Source of the DNA: Obrimoposthia wandeli
Taxonomy: Eukaryota
DNA: 64,000 nt
Reading direction: 5' to 3'
Assembly (NCBI GenBank): GCA_977020255.1
Contig: CDROCS010004649.1
Location: 1 to 64,000, forward strand
Shown here: positions 20,042-30,820 of the stretch, piece after piece
Position numbering within the stretch: position 1 is the first letter of the stretch
Layout: each line of letters begins with the position of its first letter
Notes under the pieces: generated by a model
Databases searched by the model: none
What the model saw: the letters and a program-made list of their open reading frames with translations, nothing else
Told to the model about the DNA's origin: nothing
Made by a program: the position numbers and the translations under genes

Positions 20042-21649
20042 ATGGCAGAGCTAACGTATACCCCTATTCGCAGAGCGCTAATTAGTGTTTCAGATAAAAC
20101 CGGCATTGTAGAATTTGCACAGGCGCTTCAAAAAAGCGGCGTTGAAATATTGTCAACTGGCGGCACATACAAGCTACTAACAGACAATGCAGTTGCTGCA
20201 ACTGAGGTTTCCGATTACACCGGTTTTCCAGAAATGATGGACGGTAGAGTTAAAACACTGCACCCAAAAATCCATGGCGGTATTCTTGCCAGACGCGGTA
20301 TCGATGATGCGGTAATGAGCAAGCATGGAATAAACCCTATTGATATGGTTGTTGTTAATTTATATCCCTTTAAACAAACCATTGAAAGAGACGATTGCAA
20401 CCTACCACTTGCCATAGAGAACATAGACATTGGCGGACCAACAATGGTGCGCTCAGCAGCTAAAAACCATAAAGATGTGGCTATCGTTGTTAACGCAACG
20501 AGCTATGCGCATATCTTAAAGCAAATCTGTGACCATAAAGGCCTAACGATTGAGGATAGATTTGACTTAGCGGTCCAAGCATTTGAACATACAGCAGCTT
20601 ACGATGGCATGATTGCTAATTACTTAGGCTCTGTCAGTGAGGGGACAACTAAAGCAAGTGATGTATCAGCGCCTGTTGATAGCTCTGCATTTCCTCGCAC
20701 ATTCAATACTCAGTTCATTAAAGCACAAGATATGCGTTACGGCGAAAACAGCCACCAGCGCTCTGCTTTTTATGTTGAGAGCAACCCGAAGGATGCATCT
20801 GTCAGTACCGCAAAACAATTACAAGGCAAAGCATTGTCTTATAATAATGTTGCTGATACTGATGCCGCTTTAGAGTGCGTAAAATCCTTTGCAGAACCTG
20901 CATGTGTCATTGTAAAACACGCAAATCCGTGTGGCGTTGCTGTTGGTACAGATTTACTCACAGCCTACAATTTAGCCTATCAAACAGACCCTACTTCCGC
21001 GTTTGGTGGCATTATTGCCTTCAACCGGTCTTTAGATGCAGCCACTGCTAGTGCCATTATTGAAAGACAGTTTGTAGAAGTGATTATCGCACCAAGCATC
21101 GATGACCAAGCGACAGCAGTACTCGCTGCTAAAGCCAATGTAAGAGTGCTGATATGCGGCCAGTTAAATGATACCCCTGCTGCGGATTTAGATTACAAGC
21201 GTGTTAACGGTGGGTTGTTAGTTCAAGATCGCGATCTGGGTATCATTACCCAAAACGATCTTAAAATTGTCACTAAAGTACAGCCAAGCGCTGAGCAAAT
21301 CAGTGATTTACTGTTTTGCTGGAAAATAGCTAAGTTTGTTAAATCAAACGCCATTGTCTATGCAAAAAATGGCCAGAGCATTGGCATAGGCGCAGGCCAA
21401 ATGAGCCGTGTTTACAGTGCAAAAGTTGCCGGCATAAAAGCGGCAGATGAAGGCTTAGAAGTGGCAGGTTCTGTGATGGCATCTGATGCGTTCTTCCCAT
21501 TTAGTGACGGCATAGAAGCCGCAGCCCTTGCGGGTATAAGTGCTGTTATTCAACCGGGGGGTTCTATGCGTGATGACGAAGTAATTGCAGCTGCCGATAA
21601 AGCGGGCATGGCAATGGTCTTCACTGGTATGCGTCACTTTAGACACTAA
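20042..21649 (+). CDS. purH: Bifunctional AICAR formyltransferase/IMP cyclohydrolase
   Basis: [48 protein letters not shown]. Confidence 0.98.
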   Translation: MAELTYTPIRRALISVSDKTGIVEFAQALQKSGVEILSTGGTYKLLTDNAVAATEVSDYTGFPEMMDGRVKTLHPKIHGGILARRGIDDAVMSKHGINPIDMVVVNLYPFKQTIERDDCNLPLAIENIDIGGPTMVRSAAKNHKDVAIVVNATSYAHILKQICDHKGLTIEDRFDLAVQAFEHTAAYDGMIANYLGSVSEGTTKASDVSAPVDSSAFPRTFNTQFIKAQDMRYGENSHQRSAFYVESNPKDASVSTAKQLQGKALSYNNVADTDAALECVKSFAEPACVIVKHANPCGVAVGTDLLTAYNLAYQTDPTSAFGGIIAFNRSLDAATASAIIERQFVEVIIAPSIDDQATAVLAAKANVRVLICGQLNDTPAADLDYKRVNGGLLVQDRDLGIITQNDLKIVTKVQPSAEQISDLLFCWKIAKFVKSNAIVYAKNGQSIGIGAGQMSRVYSAKVAGIKAADEGLEVAGSVMASDAFFPFSDGIEAAALAGISAVIQPGGSMRDDEVIAAADKAGMAMVFTGMRHFRH

Positions 21650-21732
21650 TTAACACCTATTTGTATTTATCAATAGCCTCCTCAATGGCCTCTTTAGCAT
21701 ATAAAGAGGCCTCGCTTATATGCAGGGAGCGC

Positions 21733-21834
21733 AGGTGATTTAAGCTACGCTGATTCATCTCTACTTAGGTGATTTAAGCTACGCTGATTCATCTCTACTT
21801 AGATGATTTAAGCTGCGCTAATTCATCTCTATTT
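21733..21834. repeat. Three tandem 34-bp hairpin-forming units between purH and purD
   Basis: aggtgatttaagctacgctgattcatctctactt at 21733 and 21767, with a variant at 21801. Confidence 0.92.
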
Positions 21835-21858
21835 AAGATTGTTTTTTGGAGTAATTTT

Positions 21859-23145
21859 ATGAATGTATTAATTATTGGTTCCGGCGGAAGAGAACACGCA
21901 CTCGCTTGGTCTGCGGCTAAAGATGAAGCGGTTCACACCGTTTTTGTAGCCCCTGGTAATGGTGGCACTGCTACAGAACCAAAAATGTGTAATGTGGATC
22001 TTGATATAGCAGATAAACAAGCACTAATTGAATTTGCTAAAAACAATAACGTAGCACTTACTATCGTCGGCCCAGAAGCGCCGTTGGTCGCAGGTATAGT
22101 GGATGACTTTAGAGCCGCTGACTTAAATATCTTTGGCCCTACAGCAGCTGCTGCGCAACTTGAAGGATCTAAAGTTTTTAGTAAAGATTTTTTAGAACGT
22201 CAAAATATTCCCACCGCTGCTTATCAAAACTTTACTGAAATAGCACCGGCATTGGAGTACTTAAAAACAGTAGGTGCACCTATTGTAATTAAGGCCGATG
22301 GCCTTGCCGCTGGTAAAGGTGTCATTGTTGCAATGACATTAGATGAAGCGCAAGAAGCAGTAGAAGATATGCTGGCGGGTAATAAATTTGGTGATGCTGG
22401 CTCTAGAGTGGTCATTGAAGAGTTTTTAGAAGGTGAAGAAGCGTCTTTCATTGTGATGGTAGATGGTGACAATGTTTTACCTATGGCGACCAGTCAAGAT
22501 CATAAACGGGTAGGCAACGCAGACACAGGGCCAAACACTGGCGGTATGGGTGCATACTCTCCAGCACCTGTTGTCAGCGATGAAATTCATCAACGTATTA
22601 TGGATCAAGTTATTTTACCTACTGTTAGAGGCATGAAAGCAGAAGGCAATGAATACACTGGATTCTTGTACGCAGGATTGATGATCAATGAATTGGGCGA
22701 ACCTAAAGTCATTGAGTTTAATTGCCGCTTTGGCGATCCTGAAACTCAGCCAATTATGATGCGCCTGCAAACTAGCATAGTACAAATGTGTAATGCTGCA
22801 TTAAACAAATCATTCGATAAGCTTAATGTCCAATGGGATCCACGTCCTGCTGTCGGAGTTGTAATGGCCGCAGGTGGCTACCCAAATAGCTATCCTAAAG
22901 ATGATGTCATTACTATTGCCTGCCAGCAAAGTGATGTAACCAAAGTATTTCATGCGGGCACCCGTTTACTTGATGATAAATTAGTGACATCAGGTGGCCG
23001 TGTTTTGTGTGTAGCCTCGCTTGGGGAAAATGTGACACAAGCGCAGCACGCTGCGTATCAGGGTGTTGCAGGTATTAAATGGGATAAAGCTTTTTTCAGA
23101 ACCGATATCGGCTATCGCGCGATTGATAGAGAAGCTAAAAGCTAG
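21859..23145 (+). CDS. purD: Phosphoribosylamine-glycine ligase
   Basis: GSGGREHAL, KADGLAAGKGV, GPNTGGMGAYSP, RFGDPETQ. Confidence 0.98.
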   Translation: MNVLIIGSGGREHALAWSAAKDEAVHTVFVAPGNGGTATEPKMCNVDLDIADKQALIEFAKNNNVALTIVGPEAPLVAGIVDDFRAADLNIFGPTAAAAQLEGSKVFSKDFLERQNIPTAAYQNFTEIAPALEYLKTVGAPIVIKADGLAAGKGVIVAMTLDEAQEAVEDMLAGNKFGDAGSRVVIEEFLEGEEASFIVMVDGDNVLPMATSQDHKRVGNADTGPNTGGMGAYSPAPVVSDEIHQRIMDQVILPTVRGMKAEGNEYTGFLYAGLMINELGEPKVIEFNCRFGDPETQPIMMRLQTSIVQMCNAALNKSFDKLNVQWDPRPAVGVVMAAGGYPNSYPKDDVITIACQQSDVTKVFHAGTRLLDDKLVTSGGRVLCVASLGENVTQAQHAAYQGVAGIKWDKAFFRTDIGYRAIDREAKS

Positions 23146-23169
23146 TAGCTGCTTAAAATATACTGTTAT

Positions 23170-23208
23170 GCAAAGCCTCGGTATGTACTCTATATACCGA
23201 GGCCTTGC
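23170..23208 (+). terminator. Hairpin after purD
   Basis: gcaaagcctcggtat...ataccgaggccttgc. Confidence 0.6.
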
Positions 23209-23380
23209 TTAACATAAAGTTAACTTATCATTTGCTTTACTCTAAGGCGCTTCAAAGATATTATTAAGCCACTTTTAAAAAATAAAACGACTGTGCTTCA
23301 GATAACGTTACCATATTGAGTATTGTTGGTTTAAGTGCAGGCTTTTCAAGCCTTTTTTCTCCTTCTGTTATGGAATTAAT

Positions 23381-24904
23381 GTGTTTTTCATGGATTTTAA
23401 ACGAACCAAGCTAGCCGTGCTTATTACGACAATTATTGCAACGGGCTGTAGTGCAAACAAACTAGATTCTAACTCTGATACCGATAGACAAGGTTATTGC
23501 AGTAACGGTGGTGAATCGAGCGACTATAGCTGTAATAAAGAACAGCAAAGCGGTGCCAATATAAAACAGGCTACCGTTGATAATCCAAACACTGAAGCTT
23601 GGATGAATTCTAAATTAACTGATATAAAGTCTTGGTTAAAAACCATCAAAGAAAACCCAAATTCCAATTTGGCTAATTCTACCAATTCAAACTCCGCATT
23701 AATGGTTCGTAACCCTGCGGCGAATGATCCAGAACTTATTCGCATTGAAGCACTTACTCAAAACGGCGCACACCGTGAGGCAATGGCAGCGATTAATACC
23801 TTTTTATCGCAAAATCCTGACAACCTAGAAGCAGAATTAACCAAAGGTTTAGTGTTAGTTAATATGGGAGAAGAGCAAGAAGCCGAAGCCCTATTAAGAA
23901 ACTCGATCACTCGCCACCCAACCTCTCCTGAGTTATATAACAATTTAGCCGTCATTTATTCTAATAAAGGTAATTACGGCAAGGCGATTGAAACCTTATT
24001 GCTAGCCTTCTCTACCCATCCAAGTTACGCACAAGTAAATGAAAATTTACGCGAAGTTTATGCATCTGTTGCATCTTCTGCTTACAACCGTGCACTGGAT
24101 TTAGACTCTGATAAAAAGCTAACCCCTGAACTTGTCGTGTTGAGACGAACCTCAATGCCTAGCTTGCCTGCTGTTGCGACCTCAAGCCTTAGTACCAGTA
24201 TTGCATTAAACGATATTCAGCCGAAGAAGAGCCAAATCCAAACTCAACTTTCAGCGACAAAGCTTTCTGCTACTCAGGTTTCTGCAACCAAGCTCTCCAC
24301 TAAAGCTAAACAGTTGAGTATCGCTAATTCTTCATCGACACCTATTGAAGATTTAAAGCCAGCGGCAACTGACACCACTAAAACCATTGTTAATACTGGC
24401 AGAAAACAAGTACGTTTACCGTTACCTAAACTTAGCGACCCAGAACCTAGTGTAGACATTTCAAAGCTCAAAATTAAACCTAAGCCAAATAAAGCAGAAG
24501 TTAAGAAGAGCATCGTACGTGTTGACAACAACTCAACTAAAAAGGTAGCTAAAGCACCCGGTAGCAGCACAGCGGCAGCTGTTAAAGCGGTTAATCGCTG
24601 GAGCTGGACTTGGACATCTCAAAATGTAAATGCGTATATTGGCTCTTACGTTCAAGGATACACACCAAAGAAAAGCATAAACCATACACAGTGGCGAACA
24701 CTGCGTACTAAACGTTTAACTAAGCCTTCTTTTATAAAAGTTCAATTGTCTAACATGCAAAGTAAGCGCATTAGTAACGATATTATCGAAGTTACTTTCT
24801 TACAAAAATATCAAGCGAATGCTTATAAAGATCAAACCAATAAACGTTTGACCTTAACTCGCGTTGGGCCTAAATGGCTTATCAGTAAAGAGAATAATAT
24901 TTAA
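23381..24904 (+). CDS. Putative lipoprotein with TPR repeats, low-complexity linker and C-terminal NTF2-like (Cds6-type) domain
   Basis: Lipobox IATGC; TPR helices (ELYNNLAVIY, AQVNENL); C-terminal W..QNVNAYIGSY...W...R..RL. Confidence 0.7.
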   Translation: MFFMDFKRTKLAVLITTIIATGCSANKLDSNSDTDRQGYCSNGGESSDYSCNKEQQSGANIKQATVDNPNTEAWMNSKLTDIKSWLKTIKENPNSNLANSTNSNSALMVRNPAANDPELIRIEALTQNGAHREAMAAINTFLSQNPDNLEAELTKGLVLVNMGEEQEAEALLRNSITRHPTSPELYNNLAVIYSNKGNYGKAIETLLLAFSTHPSYAQVNENLREVYASVASSAYNRALDLDSDKKLTPELVVLRRTSMPSLPAVATSSLSTSIALNDIQPKKSQIQTQLSATKLSATQVSATKLSTKAKQLSIANSSSTPIEDLKPAATDTTKTIVNTGRKQVRLPLPKLSDPEPSVDISKLKIKPKPNKAEVKKSIVRVDNNSTKKVAKAPGSSTAAAVKAVNRWSWTWTSQNVNAYIGSYVQGYTPKKSINHTQWRTLRTKRLTKPSFIKVQLSNMQSKRISNDIIEVTFLQKYQANAYKDQTNKRLTLTRVGPKWLISKENNI

Positions 24905-24985
24905 GGGTTATTTCTTCTCTAACCAAGCCAGCTATCAAGGGTAAATCATTCTCTTGATAGCCGGTAAGTTCTAACGATTAAACGC

Positions 24986-26419
24986 TTAGTTCCAATCTGT
25001 TACATGTTTAATTTCTAAAAAATCCTCCAAACCCCATACTCCCCCTTCTCGCCCATTACCTGATTGTTTATATCCGCCAAAAGGTGAAGCTTGTTTAGCA
25101 TCAATGCCATTTACCCTTACCATACCACTGCGCAATTTACGGGCAACTCGTTTAGCTCTATCTGAGTTTTGAGTTTGTATATAATTAGTCAACCCATATG
25201 GGGTGTCATTAGCAATTGCAATCGCCTCCTCTTCTGTATCAAAAGGAATCATCACAAGCACGGGGCCAAATACTTCTTCGCGGGCAATTTTCATATTATT
25301 ATGCACCTGAGCAAACACAGTAGGACGGATATAATAACCTTGCTCGAAACCCTTTGGACGACCCAAACCACCCGCAATGACTTGAGCACCTTCATTGATT
25401 CCGATTGCTATTAGCTGCTGAATTTTATCATATTGTAACTGGCTAATAACAGGCCCCATATGTCGCCCAGATTCAGCAGGGCTCCCTACTTTTACTGAAT
25501 TGGCAGTTTCAATAGCCACTGCAATTGACTGATCATAAATAGAGCGTTCCACCAGCATTCTAGTGGGCGCATTACAAGATTGACCGGTGTTACCAAAGCA
25601 GTGCAGCACACCGCGCTTGACCGCTTTATTATCTGCATCTGCGAAGATGATATTTGCGCCTTTACCACCAAGCTCTAAGGTTACACGCTTAACAGTATCA
25701 GCCGCTGCCTTGGTAATTAAAGAGCCTGCACGGGTTGATCCGGTAAATGACAACATATCTACATCAGGATGGGTGGTTAATTGACTGCCCACTCCCACAC
25801 CATCTCCATTAACCATATTAAACACGCCTTTTGGAAAACCGACAGCGTCTATTATTTCAGCAAAAACGATAGAGGATAACGGCGCTATCTCTGAAGGCTT
25901 AAGTATGACGGTACACCCTACTGCCAATGCGGGTATCACTTTTAATGTGACCTGATTCATCGGCCAATTCCAGGGTGTAATTAGCCCGCAAACGCCTATT
26001 GGCTCTTTAATGATCTGCTCATGCATATTGGTGGCGGTGATTGATGATTCAAACTCCATTTGCTCAAGTGCATCAACAAATCCTTTAATGTGCCCCAAGC
26101 CCGAACCTGTTTGTGCGACAATGGCCAAATCTATTGGGGCGCCCATTTCCATCGATATCGCATGCGCCATATCTTCTGATCTTTTTTCATACTCGACAAG
26201 CAACTTTTTAAGTAGTGTAAGGCGCTGCTCTTTAGATGTTTGAGACCAGCTTTCAAATGCACTTTTTGCAGCAGCGACCGCCAGATCAGTATCTTGTTGA
26301 TCGCCCAATGAAATCATCGCGCATGCTTGCTCTGTCGCAGGATTAATTACCGCAAAATCATTCGCAGTGTTTGGCTCAACCCAAGCCCCGTTGATATAAA
26401 ATTTACGTTTGTCTAACAT
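24986..26419 (-). CDS. NAD-dependent aldehyde dehydrogenase (probably polyamine-derived aminoaldehydes)
   Basis: ITPWNWP, FTGST, ELGGKG, QSCNA, EEVFGPV, FGGYKQSG. Confidence 0.92.
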   Translation of the reverse strand: MLDKRKFYINGAWVEPNTANDFAVINPATEQACAMISLGDQQDTDLAVAAAKSAFESWSQTSKEQRLTLLKKLLVEYEKRSEDMAHAISMEMGAPIDLAIVAQTGSGLGHIKGFVDALEQMEFESSITATNMHEQIIKEPIGVCGLITPWNWPMNQVTLKVIPALAVGCTVILKPSEIAPLSSIVFAEIIDAVGFPKGVFNMVNGDGVGVGSQLTTHPDVDMLSFTGSTRAGSLITKAAADTVKRVTLELGGKGANIIFADADNKAVKRGVLHCFGNTGQSCNAPTRMLVERSIYDQSIAVAIETANSVKVGSPAESGRHMGPVISQLQYDKIQQLIAIGINEGAQVIAGGLGRPKGFEQGYYIRPTVFAQVHNNMKIAREEVFGPVLVMIPFDTEEEAIAIANDTPYGLTNYIQTQNSDRAKRVARKLRSGMVRVNGIDAKQASPFGGYKQSGNGREGGVWGLEDFLEIKHVTDWN

Positions 26420-26479
26420 CTAGTACTCCTGCACAACCTATCTATTAAGAAGGCGTGCTATCAAAAAGGAAAATTACTT

Positions 26480-26640
26480 AGCGCTCGTCCAGAAACGGGG
26501 CCGTAGCGAGGCAGATCCAATGAGTCGAGATGGTCGTTACTAGATGTGGGCGTTTGGTTATTCCAAACAACTACATCTAGTAACGACCAGATCAATCCAG
26601 TGGGACTGCCTCAGTAGGCAACTGTTTCAGGATGAGCACT
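26480..26640. mobile_element. 161-bp MITE-like element, copy 1
   Basis: Terminal inverted repeats agcgctcgtccagaaac / gtttcaggatgagcact, internal 17-bp perfect hairpin; near-identical copy at 41803-41963. Confidence 0.85.
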
Positions 26641-27367
26641 ACTTAGCTAATTTATAGCGTAAGAAATCACAAATCCAACCAGCCACGCGCTCTCGCTGTA
26701 TTGGTCTTTCAATGCCATCTATCGCCTGGGTACTTATCTCAAAAGGCAATAGCTTTAAGTCACGACGATTGGTCAGTAATTTTTTAGTATAAGGCGCTGC
26801 AAATTCAGGATGACCTTGAAAGGAGATCGCGCGATCATCGAAATTCAATGCAGCATAAGGGCAAAAATCAGAACCCGCTATCACTTGGGTATTAGCCGGA
26901 AGCTCAACCACTTGGTCTTGATGGTATGCTTGAATAGAAAAAGTATCAGCGCGATCCGTCATCCACTGCATCGCCTGCTTTATCGTGTATTGCGTAACGC
27001 CTAAGCTCCAACCCTTTTCAGATTTAATTACTTTGCCGCCGAGCGCTTGCGCAATTAATTGATGCCCAAAACAAATACCCACCATAGGTATATCTTGATC
27101 AAATGCTTTTACAATTAAACTTGAAAGCGGCGCAATCCAGGCATGCGTTTCATAAGCGCCAAACTTAGAACCAGTGATCAACCAGGCATCACACGCTTTA
27201 GGGTCTTGGGGAATATCATTATCCAGCACATGATAATACGTAAAGCTGATGTGCTGATCGCTTTCATTAAGCAATTGCTTAAACATGTCTGGATAACTGC
27301 CAAACTCATCCCGATACTCTGGTGGCGGTAAACCTGTTTCCAGTATTCCTACCCGTATATTTCTCAT
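26639..27367 (-). CDS. Class I glutamine amidotransferase (gamma-glutamyl-amide hydrolase of polyamine catabolism)
   Basis: LITGS, GICFGHQ nucleophile, FQGHPEF triad. Confidence 0.88.
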   Translation of the reverse strand: MRNIRVGILETGLPPPEYRDEFGSYPDMFKQLLNESDQHISFTYYHVLDNDIPQDPKACDAWLITGSKFGAYETHAWIAPLSSLIVKAFDQDIPMVGICFGHQLIAQALGGKVIKSEKGWSLGVTQYTIKQAMQWMTDRADTFSIQAYHQDQVVELPANTQVIAGSDFCPYAALNFDDRAISFQGHPEFAAPYTKKLLTNRRDLKLLPFEISTQAIDGIERPIQRERVAGWICDFLRYKLAK

Positions 27368-27489
27368 TGTGACACCCAATATAAAAATTTTGCAGTCAGC
27401 TGCAAGTCATTAGTCTTTGATGAGCGAGGTTAGGCCCGCTCATCTCAAGCAAAAACTCTATGAGTCTTTTATAAACGCTACGAACGCCG

Positions 27490-28878
27490 CTACACTTTTA
27501 ATAGATATGTATTACACTCAAAAGGCGTAATAGTGTTAGCAAAAGCCAGCTCTTCCGAGTTTTTAATACCACAAAATACCCGTTTAAACTCCGCCCCAAA
27601 ATACCTATCTATAAAGTCTGAATCTTGCATTTGCTCAATCGCTATAGCCCAGTGACGGGTCATAGGTTTTAGCTCAGCTAAATTGGTATCGTTATTTAAT
27701 GGGGATGGCAAAGAAGGTTCTTCGTTTAAACCGTAGCGCATACCTGCTAACACAGCCGCTATTACCAGATAAGGGTTAGCATCCGCGCCTGATACTCTGT
27801 GCTCTAAGCGTGCAGCATGGCCTAATATTGCAGGTACTCTAACAGCCGCTGCACGATGGTCATAACCCCAGCACGGGCTAACAGGTGCAAAAAAACCGGG
27901 GATATAACGTCGATACGAATTGGCATGCGGCGCATAAATTAGCTGCGTATCTTGCATGCTATCAAGCAAACCAGATACTGCCTTGGCAAGTTGAGGATGA
28001 ATAGCTTGATCCTCACTGGCAAAAATATTTTTGCCTTGTCGATCATTCAAACTTGCATGCACATGCATACCATTACCCATTTCTACGGCATACGGCTTAG
28101 GCATAAAACTCGCTCGCAACTGGTGTTTACGCGCAACTTGTTTAATTAAACGCTTTAACAGTATCGCCTGATCTGCTGCTAATAACGCATCATTTTGGTG
28201 CAGCAAATTTATTTCAAATTGCCCGGGACCACACTCTGCAATTGTTGTATCTACAGGTAAAGCCTGTACGCTGGCCGCGTGTAAAATATCTTGAAGCACC
28301 CCATCATATTGCTCTAACAGCTCCATACTGTATTGCTGATCTTCATCTAATCTGCGCCCATCGCCATTAATAGGCCTTTGTGGTTGCCCATTAACGAGTT
28401 GAGGATCAATAAAGTAGAACTCTAATTCGGTCGCCACTACAGGGGTCATTCCTTGCAGCTCCAGTGCGACAAGTTGCTTTTCTAATATTACCCTTGGTGC
28501 ATATTGGCAAGGCTGCATATCATCTTGATCTAACATTGTGAGCAGCATTTGCGCACTTGGGACACTTGCCCAAGGTACTGGTGAGAGTGTTTGTATTAGA
28601 GGCAAACAAATCCCATCGGGATCACCTACCGCTAATCCCAGATCAAGCTCTGATACGTCATCGCTCCAGATATCGGCAAAACATACCGACCTTGGTAATC
28701 GAAAAGCACCTTCCGCTAATTTCATTAAAGAGGATACAGGTAGCCATTTACCCCTTAAAACACCATTTAAATCAACGAACAATAGCTCCAGACGCTCGGT
28801 CTCTGGATATTTCTCTAAGAACTTTTGCGCGCCACTTATAAAGGACGCTTCATCAAAATGATCGCTTGAAATTTGCAT
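27490..28878 (-). CDS. Glutamine synthetase-like gamma-glutamylpolyamine ligase (PuuA/PauA family)
   Basis: DLNGVLRGK, ATELEFY, ECGPGQFEINL, GNGMHVH, RLEHRVSGADANPYL. Confidence 0.88.
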   Translation of the reverse strand: MQISSDHFDEASFISGAQKFLEKYPETERLELLFVDLNGVLRGKWLPVSSLMKLAEGAFRLPRSVCFADIWSDDVSELDLGLAVGDPDGICLPLIQTLSPVPWASVPSAQMLLTMLDQDDMQPCQYAPRVILEKQLVALELQGMTPVVATELEFYFIDPQLVNGQPQRPINGDGRRLDEDQQYSMELLEQYDGVLQDILHAASVQALPVDTTIAECGPGQFEINLLHQNDALLAADQAILLKRLIKQVARKHQLRASFMPKPYAVEMGNGMHVHASLNDRQGKNIFASEDQAIHPQLAKAVSGLLDSMQDTQLIYAPHANSYRRYIPGFFAPVSPCWGYDHRAAAVRVPAILGHAARLEHRVSGADANPYLVIAAVLAGMRYGLNEEPSLPSPLNNDTNLAELKPMTRHWAIAIEQMQDSDFIDRYFGAEFKRVFCGIKNSEELAFANTITPFECNTYLLKV

Positions 28879-28974
28879 AATACTTCTCTATTTATACCCT
28901 TATATCACTCTTTATATTTTTCAGAGTTCTAGGTTTTGGGTAAGTTATTTAGATGTTTGAAAATAAAACCAATG

Positions 28975-29985
28975 CTATTTAGTTCTTTCATTATCAATTT
29001 CTTTACTAATCGAGTGTGGAGCCTGCGCATATAGACATAATAAATTATGCGCAATGGTAGCCCCCGCTAAGGAAGTAATTTGCCCCACATCATAGCTAGG
29101 TGATACTTCGACTAAATCCATGCCCACTAAATTAATGCCAGACAATCCACGCAGTATCTCTAACGCTTCAGCTGTTTGCAGCCCACCGACTACAGGTGTA
29201 CCCGTACCTGGTGCACAAGATGGATCAAGGCAATCTATATCAAAGGTCAAATAGCATGGATTATCTCCAACTACCGCCCTTACTCTTTTAATGATTTCAG
29301 GCACACCACATTTTCGCACCCTATCTGCATCAAAAATATTAAAGCCGTGTGTTTCGCTATTATGCGTTCTGATACCTATTTGCGCAGAGTGCTCTGGATC
29401 AATAATGCCCTGTTGAGCGGCATGAAAAAACATCGTTCCGTGGTCTATACGCCCCGCTTCATCGCGCCAAGTATCACAGTGCGCATCAAAATGTATTAAA
29501 GATAGCTTACCGTGTTTTTTAGCATGTGCTCTTAATATCGGATAAGTGACGAAATGATCCCCTCCTATCGCCAGTGTCGCTACGTTATTTTCCAAAATTT
29601 TGCTGAACTGGTTTTCTAATGTCTGTGGTATCTTTTCAGGCTTACCTGGATCAAACAGACAATCTCCCCAATCAACCACACTCAAGCTATCAAACGGATC
29701 CAAGCCCCAACCCCAAGCCTTACCCCAGGCGAGTTGTGCTGATGCTTCACGCACTGCTCTTGGTCCAAAACGTGCTCCCGGTCTATTAGTGACTGATAAA
29801 TCAAAGGGCACACCTACTACCGCGACATCAACCCCCGCTAATTGCTTAGTGTATTTGCGGCGCATAAAACTTAGCACGCCACTGTATACCGGCTCGCCTA
29901 TGGTGCCATAATAGTTATCTCTGGTTACTGCAAGATCAATATTTGAAAACTCATCCAGCTCAACAGACTCGGTTATATTTTGCAT
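28975..29985 (-). CDS. speB: Agmatinase (ureohydrolase)
   Basis: RPGARFGP, GGDH, HFDAHCD, DIDCLD, PGTGTP; start set at the ATG at 29985 after an AAGGAG RBS. Confidence 0.9.
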   Translation of the reverse strand: MQNITESVELDEFSNIDLAVTRDNYYGTIGEPVYSGVLSFMRRKYTKQLAGVDVAVVGVPFDLSVTNRPGARFGPRAVREASAQLAWGKAWGWGLDPFDSLSVVDWGDCLFDPGKPEKIPQTLENQFSKILENNVATLAIGGDHFVTYPILRAHAKKHGKLSLIHFDAHCDTWRDEAGRIDHGTMFFHAAQQGIIDPEHSAQIGIRTHNSETHGFNIFDADRVRKCGVPEIIKRVRAVVGDNPCYLTFDIDCLDPSCAPGTGTPVVGGLQTAEALEILRGLSGINLVGMDLVEVSPSYDVGQITSLAGATIAHNLLCLYAQAPHSISKEIDNERTK

Positions 29986-29995
29986 GTTAACTCCT

Positions 29996-30820
29996 TTAAG
30001 CTGACGCATTGGCTTGTTGTTCATATTGGCTTTTCTTAAGTGCTGCACGCTTAGTAATCAAAGAAGCTAAAATCACACCGCAGGAGACTATTACAATCAA
30101 AATTGTTGATAATGCGTTAATTTCAGGTTTAAGACCCAACCTTACCTGAGAATAGATTTTCATCGGTAAAGTCGTGGCTCCAGGACCTGAGGCAAACGAT
30201 GCAATCACTAAATCGTCTAAAGATAATGTAAATGCAAGTAGCCATGCTGCAACGATAGATGGCGCTATAATAGGTAAGGTTATCTGCATGAAAGCACTAA
30301 ACTTATTACAGCCTAAATCCAGCGCCGCCTCTTCCAAGGATTGATCAAAGGTTACTAGTCTTGAAGAGACAACCACTGCGACATAACACATTGAAAAGGT
30401 AATGTGAGCAACGGTAATCGTCCAAAAACCTCTATCCCAACCAATGGCGACAAACAATAACAGCAACGACAACCCCGTAATGACTTCAGGCATCACTAAC
30501 GGTGCGTAAATCATGCCGGAAAACAACGTTCTACCTTTAAACATGCCTCCTCGAATCATTACCAATGCAGCGAGTGTACCTAGCAATGTAGCAAAGCTTG
30601 CACTGACCACTGCTACTTTTACCGTCATCCAAGCGGCATCCATAAACGCATCATTTTGAAATAAGCTGCTATACCATTTAGTCGAAAATCCGCCCCAAAC
30701 CGTCACGAGTTTTGATTTATTAAAACTGAAAACAATTAACAGCAAAATTGGAATATACAGAAACGCGAAACCTAGGGTTAGCGAGGTAATATTGAACCAA
30801 CTAAAACGATTAATATTCAT
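29996..30820 (-). CDS. potI: Putrescine ABC permease
   Basis: FLYIPILLLIVFSFN, EEAALDLG, FTLSLDD; start overlaps the potH stop (TAATG). Confidence 0.9.
   Translation of the reverse strand: MNINRFSWFNITSLTLGFAFLYIPILLLIVFSFNKSKLVTVWGGFSTKWYSSLFQNDAFMDAAWMTVKVAVVSASFATLLGTLAALVMIRGGMFKGRTLFSGMIYAPLVMPEVITGLSLLLLFVAIGWDRGFWTITVAHITFSMCYVAVVVSSRLVTFDQSLEEAALDLGCNKFSAFMQITLPIIAPSIVAAWLLAFTLSLDDLVIASFASGPGATTLPMKIYSQVRLGLKPEINALSTILIVIVSCGVILASLITKRAALKKSQYEQQANASA

Noticed and set aside
21733-21834. Possible mini-CRISPR array (34-bp palindromic repeats)
   Set aside because: The units are head-to-tail with no spacers, and no cas genes are in the window.
23205-23220. XerD-like half-site TTAACATAA (dif/pdif)
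   Set aside because: It is part of the purD terminator hairpin flank, with no XerC arm at 6-bp spacing.
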